This document shows, piece after piece, positions 56,795 through 64,000 of a stretch of DNA of 64,000 bases. The stretch covers positions 41,233-105,232 of the forward strand of contig NZ_JAZUGX010000001.1 in assembly GCF_045641405.1 (NCBI RefSeq). Reading direction: 5' to 3'. The translations under genes and the position numbers were made by a program. The notes beneath the pieces are model-generated. The model ran no database searches. It saw nothing but the letters and a program-made list of their open reading frames with translations, and was not told the origin of the DNA. This DNA is from Treponema sp. (GTDB lineage Bacteria > Spirochaetota > Spirochaetia > Treponematales > Treponemataceae). Each line of letters begins with the position of its first letter. Positions within the stretch are counted from its first letter, which is position 1.

Positions 56795-57409
56795 TCATTT
56801 CTTTATCGCAAACCTGACAGGATATCTGAATCTTACCGCTACATTCTGTCCATTTGCCGTAGCTGGAATGCATCCTAAACCTTCGATGGCTTTTAGCGCG
56901 GCATCCGCAAAACCGTGTCCTGGATCTTTTAAGACAACAGTCTTTCTGATGGTTCCATTCTGATCGATGTACAGTTCAAGATATACCACACCTTCAATAC
57001 CCTCCTGCAATGCCATCGAAGGATACACTATACGCGATAGGATTTTATCAGTCGGAATGACAGGAATGCTTGAAATCTTGTGCTGCGGTAAAAAATCCGC
57101 ATCGTTCATCTCCGCCATGGTCGTATCAGGGATTTCCTGGATATTTTCTTCCGTCTCTACGATCTGTTCTGCAGATTTTGACTGCTGTGTCATAACAATG
57201 ACTTTTTCCTGCACAGGTGGAGGTGGCGCATATTCCATTACATCAACGAGCTTGAACATGGTCGAATCAAAATCAGAAAGCTCATATTTTGTTTCTTCAG
57301 GGCCAGCCTTTACAAAATGAAACAAAATGACATAGACAGCACAGACAATGACAATGCTTGCAAGTCTAACATACGATGGAATTTTTTCTTTATTGATATG
57401 CAATGTCAT
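56795..57409 (-). CDS. tonB: TonB family energy transducer
   Basis: N-terminal TM with His, short PPPP linker, C-terminal YPSMALQEGIEGVV..IDQNG..DPG.GF..AA..PA. Confidence 0.9.
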   Translation of the reverse strand: MTLHINKEKIPSYVRLASIVIVCAVYVILFHFVKAGPEETKYELSDFDSTMFKLVDVMEYAPPPPVQEKVIVMTQQSKSAEQIVETEENIQEIPDTTMAEMNDADFLPQHKISSIPVIPTDKILSRIVYPSMALQEGIEGVVYLELYIDQNGTIRKTVVLKDPGHGFADAALKAIEGLGCIPATANGQNVAVRFRYPVRFAIKK

Positions 57410-57810
57410 CTGCTACTCTCCTGGACAACAAAACTAACGACACGATGCTGCAGTCTTTGCAGAATCTGAACTACACCATCAACATGCTCATAGGGAGTAT
57501 TTTTATCTGCTATCAAATGGATTCTTACTCCAGGATTGGCAAGTACGGCTGATGCGATTTTCTGCTCAAGGCTTTGACATGACTGTCTTTCACCGTCCAC
57601 AAAAATTTCGCCTTCGACAGTGATCCAGATCTCAAAGTTTTTTTCAGCCTGAGTCTTTTCTATTTTCAACGCTTCAGAATATTCAATATGCTGTTCATGC
57701 CGCTGATTCATCAAGGATATGAGCATGATAAAAATCAAAAGCAAAAACCCAATGTCCGACATTGATGATGTCGTGATGGAACAGCTTCTGCGCTTTCGGA
57801 TTATATTCAT
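57406..57810 (-). CDS. exbD: ExbD/TolR family protein (copy 2), 134 aa
   Basis: SMSDIGFLLLIFIM, IADKNTPY; the ATG at 57810 overlaps the upstream TGA. Confidence 0.88.
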   Translation of the reverse strand: MNIIRKRRSCSITTSSMSDIGFLLLIFIMLISLMNQRHEQHIEYSEALKIEKTQAEKNFEIWITVEGEIFVDGERQSCQSLEQKIASAVLANPGVRIHLIADKNTPYEHVDGVVQILQRLQHRVVSFVVQESSR

Positions 57811-58211
57811 TGCTGTGTCTCCATTCTGAATGAAAAATTCTCGACGCCACAAAGACGGACCGAATGGATCACATCGATGACACGCTGATAAGGACACTGT
57901 GGAGAAACAAGCAGCAGAAACGTCATATTAGGAAAGGACTGCTTCATTGCAAAAATCTTTTCTTCAAGGGCAGATGGATCCATAACCTCATTCTTTACGG
58001 ATATACTTCCATCAGAAAGAAGAACGCAGGTCATAAGGTCCTGGCTGTTTACTACACGAGGCTTTTCCTTTTCTGGAAGATTAAGAAGAAATCCCTTGTT
58101 TACATTGAACCCTGCAATCACGATGAAGAACACAATAAGAAGAAATGAAAGATCGTTGAGAGAACCGCTGCTTCCTGCATCTTCAATTCCACGGCGACAT
58201 CGTCTAATCAT
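57807..58211 (-). CDS. exbD: ExbD/TolR family protein (copy 1), 134 aa
   Basis: SLNDLSFLLIVFFIV, LPE, PYQRVIDVI; the ATG at 58211 overlaps the exbB end. Confidence 0.88.
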   Translation of the reverse strand: MIRRCRRGIEDAGSSGSLNDLSFLLIVFFIVIAGFNVNKGFLLNLPEKEKPRVVNSQDLMTCVLLSDGSISVKNEVMDPSALEEKIFAMKQSFPNMTFLLLVSPQCPYQRVIDVIHSVRLCGVENFSFRMETQQ

Positions 58212-58830
58212 TTTCCCTTTCCTTGAGCAGAATTGGAACAAGATCATTTACTGCCTTTGAAATTTCTGCGGCGAAATTATCGACACGCTGTACCAAAAGG
58301 TTGTATCCAATGGAAGCAATGATGGCAATGATCAGACCAAAGACCGTTGTTATCAAGGCTTCGTAAATTCCACCTGCTACAAGCTGGGCATTTACATCGG
58401 TTGCACTGGCAATGCTTTTAAAGGCGCCGATCATTCCGCTGACCGTTCCGAGAAAACCTGTCAAAGGAGCAAGGGACGCAAGGGCTGTAAGATAGTTGAA
58501 TCCACTTTCCATCCTGCGTATCCTTTCCTGCGCCTCGCCTTCCGCAGCGCGTTCCATTCTGTTTTCACCGAACGCAGAATTTTCAAGCAATGCAAGAAAA
58601 ACAGTAGCCGCAGTTTTTTTTCTTGTGCACTGCTTGAGCATGTTCTCAGCATCCCTTTTTCTGTTGTCCTTGAGAAAATTCTTTATTTCCTTTGCGAGTC
58701 CATCAACCTTGCAGTCATGCCAGAACAGATAAACGCAGCGTTCGATTATAAGCGCAAAAGTCGCAATGCTGAACATAAGCAGGATCCACATGAATGGACC
58801 ACCCAGATTAAACATTTCCAAAAGATTCAT
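58204..58830 (-). CDS. exbB: MotA/TolQ/ExbB proton channel
   Basis: GGPFMW, APLTGFLGTVSGMI, GIYEALITTVFGL. Confidence 0.93.
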   Translation of the reverse strand: MNLLEMFNLGGPFMWILLMFSIATFALIIERCVYLFWHDCKVDGLAKEIKNFLKDNRKRDAENMLKQCTRKKTAATVFLALLENSAFGENRMERAAEGEAQERIRRMESGFNYLTALASLAPLTGFLGTVSGMIGAFKSIASATDVNAQLVAGGIYEALITTVFGLIIAIIASIGYNLLVQRVDNFAAEISKAVNDLVPILLKEREND

Positions 58831-58840
58831 TTTATAACTC

Positions 58841-61381
58841 CTATATACTCAATCTGTAGCCAAGTGAAATCATCGGGATTCCAATGCTGAAATTGACATC
58901 ACTGCTTTCAGGTTTTCCCGTTGTCTGATTGAATCTGTCCGATCCCTTTGGCGAATATAGATTCAGGAAGATATCCTCGGCTCCCAGATACCACTCCCAC
59001 TTCCACTTAGGATGATTCTTGAATGTTCCCGTATGGGCAATCCTTATGTCCACAGGACAGCTGATATCCGTCCTCAAGGTATCGCTGTAGAAATGGCTTC
59101 TTGTATAGCGCTGCATCACGGTTCCATCAGGAGCAATCGCAGCATAGCAGTATTTGTCGCCATCTGTTCTTGGTGTTCCAGTCGCCAAAGTTCCTTTAAG
59201 TGTGAAAGTCCAACTTGGAACAGGCTTGTAGTTTACAATTAGATTCATCGTGTTGAACCTGTGGAACTGTGGATAATACCATTCATCCAGAGGATCACCC
59301 CGTGTAGTTTCCTGATACTTGTATTCAGCCTTAGTAGGATTCATATACCTTGCATAGATGTAAGAATATGTAAGATATCCATTCCATTTTTCTCCTACGC
59401 TTTTCTGTGCCATAAGATCAAATCCTGCAGTATACCCCTTTCCGTCAGTGTATGACCTTGTGATTACATCCACTGGATTTCTTTCGTCATTGACGACATA
59501 CAGCCTATTCAGGTACTGCTTGTAATATCCTTCAAGCGAAAATTTCCATCCGTCTTCAAGATCAAGCTCTGCTCCAAGAACGGAAAACACAGCCCTATCC
59601 ATCCTCGTCTTGTCTTCCACCAGAATTCTTTCCGAAACCATGGAAGCATCAAATGGAACTGCAGAAAACAAACCTGCCCCTGTCGTAAAAACAACTTTTT
59701 CTATTTTTCCACATACCCTTACTGGAACATAATGAACAGTCACCCTAGGATTGATATCTACAGGTGAATTAATATCAACTCCCTTGCCCGTAATCTTCAT
59801 GTGGTCAAGTCTTACTCCTACCTCTCCTTTCAAAAGGCTATCGTCGTTTCCATATTTCCAGATTGCAAAAGAAGAGGTATTCCATGTCTTGTTGTTTTCT
59901 GACTTGGAAGAAAATTTAACAGGACGATACAAGGGACTTGGACCTCCAAAATCATGCTCAAGCCACATGTCTGCATCCATCTCAACTGAACCGAATGCAA
60001 GGACTTCTTCTGCTCCAAATTTGAATCTGTTGAATTCATCCATCCTTATTTCCGTGTCGAGCTTTCCCTGAAGCTGATGGTTGTTGACTTTCTCTGTGTA
60101 GCTGTTGCTTGTATTCAGATTGTATCCACCACCGCTTGCAACTTTCCCAGGATACACTGCGCTGTATTTCTCAACAAAATCCTGATTGTATTTTATGAAA
60201 CCGCTTTCCTTTGTATTCATGGAAAGATCTTCCTTCATCATGCTCCAGGCAAAACGTCCATTGACCTGGACATCATCGTTCACCATCCATTTTGCATCAA
60301 AACCTGTAAAAGCCTGATAAAGATCATATTTCATCAATCCCGTCGAAATCACTTCATCTTTACTTTCAACATTGTCTTCATTCATATCAAGGCCTATTCC
60401 ATCGCTGCCAAAGAAACCATTGAAAGTAAAAGTTATTTTATCCGTCGGTTCATAGAAAGCCTTGGTATAAAAATCCCTGATGTAAGGAGGTTTTTCAATC
60501 ATGTCCGTCTGGCTTCCTTTGAAAACATGACGATAGGTTCCGATCAAAGTTTCAAGATAGGTTACCTTCGCACCAAAGACCACTCCAGCTTTTTTACTGA
60601 TAGGAGCTGAAAGGAACAATGAAGATGAAATGTAATTCAAATCAAAGGTAAAATGCACCTGGTCATCAGGCATCACGCTGTTAACCTCTAGAAGACCAGA
60701 GACAGCACGACCATATTCTGCAGAAAAAACTCCATTGTTAAGCTTTGTGCTTTCTACGAAATTGGGATTGAAAATTGAATATGCACCGCCCCAGTGCCAA
60801 GGAAACATTATGTATACGCCATCAAAGGCATACGCCATCTCCCTTGGATAACCGCCGCGCACGCTTGGTTCGCTGTTCCATTGGCCGCCAAAAGTCATAC
60901 CAGGCATCGTACCGACACTGGACATCACATCTTCCACGAGGCCGCTTCTCGCAGTTGTGTCCATCTGTTCCTTGGTCATTACGACTGAAACTCCTGACTG
61001 CTGGCTGCTTTTTTGCGCAGCACGGGCAACAATAAGCTCCTTGCCTTCAAGGAAATTGCTTATGGTCATCAGAATTTTGATTTCATTTTCACCAGATTCT
61101 ATATGTTGGATTGACTGTGCATAGCCAGGAAACTGGCAGACGATGTTCCCCTGTTCAAAACCGTCATCAAGTTCAAGGACTGCAGTTCCCTCAAAATCCG
61201 TTTCAGCTGTAAGGGAACGGTTTTCATTAAGGAAAATTTTTGCACCTTCAAGTGGAAGGTCAAGTTCACCATCAAGAACCGTGATCCTGACCTGTTCTGC
61301 ATGTGCCGCCACAATGATCACACAGCCTAAAAGATAGCAAAGAATTCTACATCTGATACTTTTTGCATAAAAACTACTCAT
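58841..61381 (-). CDS. TonB-dependent outer-membrane receptor (N-terminal carboxypeptidase-regulatory-like domain, plug, barrel)
   Basis: Signal peptide; plug-type SVRGG..DG..FPWHWGG..IFNPN..FSAEYG..SG; long amphipathic barrel; directly upstream of exbB-exbD-exbD-tonB. Confidence 0.88.
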   Translation of the reverse strand: MSSFYAKSIRCRILCYLLGCVIIVAAHAEQVRITVLDGELDLPLEGAKIFLNENRSLTAETDFEGTAVLELDDGFEQGNIVCQFPGYAQSIQHIESGENEIKILMTISNFLEGKELIVARAAQKSSQQSGVSVVMTKEQMDTTARSGLVEDVMSSVGTMPGMTFGGQWNSEPSVRGGYPREMAYAFDGVYIMFPWHWGGAYSIFNPNFVESTKLNNGVFSAEYGRAVSGLLEVNSVMPDDQVHFTFDLNYISSSLFLSAPISKKAGVVFGAKVTYLETLIGTYRHVFKGSQTDMIEKPPYIRDFYTKAFYEPTDKITFTFNGFFGSDGIGLDMNEDNVESKDEVISTGLMKYDLYQAFTGFDAKWMVNDDVQVNGRFAWSMMKEDLSMNTKESGFIKYNQDFVEKYSAVYPGKVASGGGYNLNTSNSYTEKVNNHQLQGKLDTEIRMDEFNRFKFGAEEVLAFGSVEMDADMWLEHDFGGPSPLYRPVKFSSKSENNKTWNTSSFAIWKYGNDDSLLKGEVGVRLDHMKITGKGVDINSPVDINPRVTVHYVPVRVCGKIEKVVFTTGAGLFSAVPFDASMVSERILVEDKTRMDRAVFSVLGAELDLEDGWKFSLEGYYKQYLNRLYVVNDERNPVDVITRSYTDGKGYTAGFDLMAQKSVGEKWNGYLTYSYIYARYMNPTKAEYKYQETTRGDPLDEWYYPQFHRFNTMNLIVNYKPVPSWTFTLKGTLATGTPRTDGDKYCYAAIAPDGTVMQRYTRSHFYSDTLRTDISCPVDIRIAHTGTFKNHPKWKWEWYLGAEDIFLNLYSPKGSDRFNQTTGKPESSDVNFSIGIPMISLGYRLSI

Positions 61382-61451
61382 GGGAAAACTATATCATCGA
61401 AAATACTCCAGTTTTTCCACATGGCAAAATTTGCGTTATTTATGGTAAATT

Positions 61452-61736
61452 TTACAGATCGGCTTTGACGGCAAACATCTTGATTCCTTCGCCCGAAAAT
61501 TTTTCTTTTATCGCCGCAATGACCTTTTTTGCCGTTTCGAAATCTTCATCCTCGATATAGCTGATCATTGCAAAGTTGGTTTCAGGCCAGGTAGCGGTTC
61601 CGAGTTTTCTATTCTCGCCTCCTCTACCAAGTACCAATGGAATTATGGTGTAATAAAAATTCTTTATGTTCCTTTCCATTGCCTTTTCAATGTCTTCCTG
61701 AACTGACTTGTTTGAAATTATTTCTATCCTGATCAT
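61452..61736 (-). CDS. PG0541-family P-II-like protein associated with RND transporters
   Basis: V.GRG...KLGTATWPETN; overlaps the RND stop (ATGA). Confidence 0.75.
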   Translation of the reverse strand: MIRIEIISNKSVQEDIEKAMERNIKNFYYTIIPLVLGRGGENRKLGTATWPETNFAMISYIEDEDFETAKKVIAAIKEKFSGEGIKMFAVKADL

Positions 61737-64000
61737 ACGACGATTCCTTCTTCTTTCCTCTTACGGCTTTTCATCACATAACTGTAAAGAACTGGGATAA
61801 AAAACAAAGTGATGAAGGTTGAACTTACAAGACCACCGACAACGGCAATACCGATAGGCTGAACCATACCTGCGCTTCCACTTGAAGCAAAGCACATTGG
61901 AATCATTCCAAGGATTGTTGTAAGTGTGGTCATAAGAACTGGGCGCAGACGGCTTACACCTGCTTCATAACAGGCATCAAGCATCGGACGTCCACGCTCA
62001 CGCAAAAGATTAGTGTAGTCAACAAGAATGATACCATTGTTAACGACGATACCGACAAGCATGATCAGACCAACAGCACTCATCAAGCTGAACGCCTGTC
62101 CTGTAATCTTATAGATCAGAATCACGCCGATGACCATGAACGGAATCGTAAATATGTTTATGATCGGAGCCTTAAAGCTTTCATAGGTTGCCGCCATGAC
62201 ACCGAAAACAAGGATGATGGCCATGAGGATGATTGTTCCGTAAACCTTTCCCTGCTTTGCCATTTCTGTCCAGCTGCCTTCATAGCTTACTGAAACTCCT
62301 TCAGGAACAATGAAAGTCTTTGCACATTCTTCCTTGATTCTTTTTTCCACGATGTTTGCATTTTCATCATTGAGGATATTTGCCGTAACATGCACAAGCC
62401 TGTTTCTGTTTTCATGCTTGATGGAAACAGGACCAAGACCTTTGTTTACACTTGCGATGTTCGAAAGTGCCACCAATCCTCTTGAACCGCTCACATAAAT
62501 CTGTTCAAGGTCCATCACCTTCTGTCTGTCTTCAGGCCTCAACATTACAAGAACACTGTAATCTTCGCCGTTATCACGGAATGTTGTTGCCGTAACGCCT
62601 TCGATGGAAGCCTTGATTTCATTAGCAACCGTATTGATGTTCACTCCAAAGTTATAGGCACGCTGTCTGTCTACTTCAATCTGAACCTGCGGCAAACCTT
62701 CTTCAGTATCAACGCTTGGCTCACCGATCTCTCCCATGGTTGCCATTACATCTGAAATTTCCTTGGCAACATCCATTGCCTTTGTCAGGCTCTGACTTCT
62801 GACAACAATATCGATGTCGGCACCTGTCATCTGCTGGCGTCTACCCTGTCCAAAACTGAATTCAACATCAGTAAAATCTCCAAAGTGTGCCCTGAGTTTC
62901 TTCTGGATTGCAACATCATTGTCTATCTGTCTGTCACTTGGAGGCAACTGAATCTGAATCTGTCCGGTATATGAAGTTGCATTTCGTGACCCGGAACCGA
63001 TGGAAGTAATGATGTTTTTATATCCTTTGATTTCGTTCATTACAATCTGCTCAAACTGAAGAACCATATCCGTAGTCTCTTCAAGGCTGGTACCAGTAGG
63101 AAGCACCATCTTTACCGTAACACTGTCATCATGTCCACCCGTCATCATCTGGATTTTCAAAGTAGGAACAAAGATGAGGGAAATTGCAAGAGCGCTCACA
63201 CAGGCAACGACAGAAGTGATCCTATGCCTCAATGCCGCTTTCAAGGCTCTGCCGTAAAGTTTTTCAATAAAACCTTGTGCCGCTCCAAACATTCCATAAA
63301 GAAACTTGAACAATGGTGAAGTTACAGGTTTTTCCTTTCTGTTGGTAAGAGGCAGAAAATGGCCTGCAAGAACGGGAACAAGGAAAATGGCAACGAACAA
63401 TGAAGAGACCAATGAAATAACGATCGTAAAGATAATGCCCTTGAACATCTGTCCCATGAAACCAAGATCCTTCATAAAGAAAAGGAAAGGAATGAATACG
63501 CATATTGTCGTAAGGTTTCCAGAGACAACGGAAACGATCATTTCCTGACTGCCAAGGACAGCCGCAACATGTGCCTTTGTTCCACGAATTCTGTAGGAAT
63601 AGATATTGTCGATCATGACGACTGAAGCATCTACTATCATGCCGACACCAAGGATAAGACCAGTCATGGTCATCATGTTCAATGTGATTCCACACATGTT
63701 CATCGAAAGCAAAGTGATGATGATGCTGAGTGGAATCGAAACTGCAATTATGATCGTAGATTTTATCGAGCAGAGGAAAACAAAGAGAATTATGATTGCA
63801 AGAACAAGACCTTGCCAGGCACTGTCCAAAAGGGTTTTCAGCGTATCACGGATACTGTCAGTATCATCGCGAATGATTTCCATCGTAATGTCCGCAGGAA
63901 GAACATCCTTAAGGCTGTTCATCTTTTCATACACGGCATTGGCGACATTGACTGAATTTTCTCCAGACTGCTTTGTAACGGAAACATAGACACCAGGTTC
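61733..64000 (-). CDS. RND efflux permease (AcrB/AcrD/AcrF family), C-terminal ~755 aa; 5' end beyond the right edge
   Basis: The frame stays open upstream of the track start to base 64000 (EPGVYVSVTKQSGENSVNVA); SIPLSII, GMIVDAS, GIVVNNGI, RLRPVLMT, GGL.SST.ITL. Confidence 0.93.
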   Translation of the reverse strand, partial: EPGVYVSVTKQSGENSVNVANAVYEKMNSLKDVLPADITMEIIRDDTDSIRDTLKTLLDSAWQGLVLAIIILFVFLCSIKSTIIIAVSIPLSIIITLLSMNMCGITLNMMTMTGLILGVGMIVDASVVMIDNIYSYRIRGTKAHVAAVLGSQEMIVSVVSGNLTTICVFIPFLFFMKDLGFMGQMFKGIIFTIVISLVSSLFVAIFLVPVLAGHFLPLTNRKEKPVTSPLFKFLYGMFGAAQGFIEKLYGRALKAALRHRITSVVACVSALAISLIFVPTLKIQMMTGGHDDSVTVKMVLPTGTSLEETTDMVLQFEQIVMNEIKGYKNIITSIGSGSRNATSYTGQIQIQLPPSDRQIDNDVAIQKKLRAHFGDFTDVEFSFGQGRRQQMTGADIDIVVRSQSLTKAMDVAKEISDVMATMGEIGEPSVDTEEGLPQVQIEVDRQRAYNFGVNINTVANEIKASIEGVTATTFRDNGEDYSVLVMLRPEDRQKVMDLEQIYVSGSRGLVALSNIASVNKGLGPVSIKHENRNRLVHVTANILNDENANIVEKRIKEECAKTFIVPEGVSVSYEGSWTEMAKQGKVYGTIILMAIILVFGVMAATYESFKAPIINIFTIPFMVIGVILIYKITGQAFSLMSAVGLIMLVGIVVNNGIILVDYTNLLRERGRPMLDACYEAGVSRLRPVLMTTLTTILGMIPMCFASSGSAGMVQPIGIAVVGGLVSSTFITLFFIPVLYSYVMKSRKRKEEGIVV

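Noticed and set aside
61382-61451. Cobalamin riboswitch or Fur box before the TonB receptor
   Set aside because: The gap is only 70 bp, with no B12-element motifs and no GATAAT-type palindrome.
61733-64000. RND permease lacks the second Asp and the Lys of the AcrB proton relay (VDAS, VNN)
   Set aside because: DN/DA and NN variants are common in non-proteobacterial AcrB-family proteins, so this is not evidence of inactivation.

Overview
A 64-kb bacterial chromosomal segment, inferred to come from a Treponema-like spirochaete (spirochaetal lipobox lipoproteins, def-fmt-PASTA synteny, small OM barrel). No rRNA, tRNA, CRISPR array, integrase or transposase was seen. (1) 1-14741: two very large minus-strand Ig-like-repeat envelope proteins. 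One is a >2714-aa lipoprotein that the ORF track missed because it runs off the left edge; the other is a 2120-aa secreted protein ending in a small beta-barrel. (2) 16107-31214: an essentially complete aryl-polyene-type (apeB-R-like) biosynthetic cluster. It is colinear with the enterobacterial cluster except that apeBCD is divergent, apeG-apeH are fused and apeJ is split. A sirtuin flanks one side and an SAH/MTA deaminase plus nucleosidase pair flanks the other. (3) 33-51 kb: small OM barrel, esterase, M18 peptidase, HAD, HD-GYP-REC plus hybrid kinase, a coupled DUF1538 / tandem P-II / birA / B12 radical-SAM operon, hisD-def-fmt-PASTA, pepT and a degenerate HD-GYP. (4) pflB-pflA with tandem promoters, a 7-1-7 operator array and inverted heptamer arrays on either side of pflB. 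(5) rnhA, an EAL protein, a complete TonB-dependent receptor/ExbB/ExbD/ExbD/TonB operon and a truncated RND permease. Eight genes have a -10 box only 6-8 nt before the ATG, which suggests frequent leaderless transcripts. All family assignments come from motifs recognised by eye; no database searches were run.
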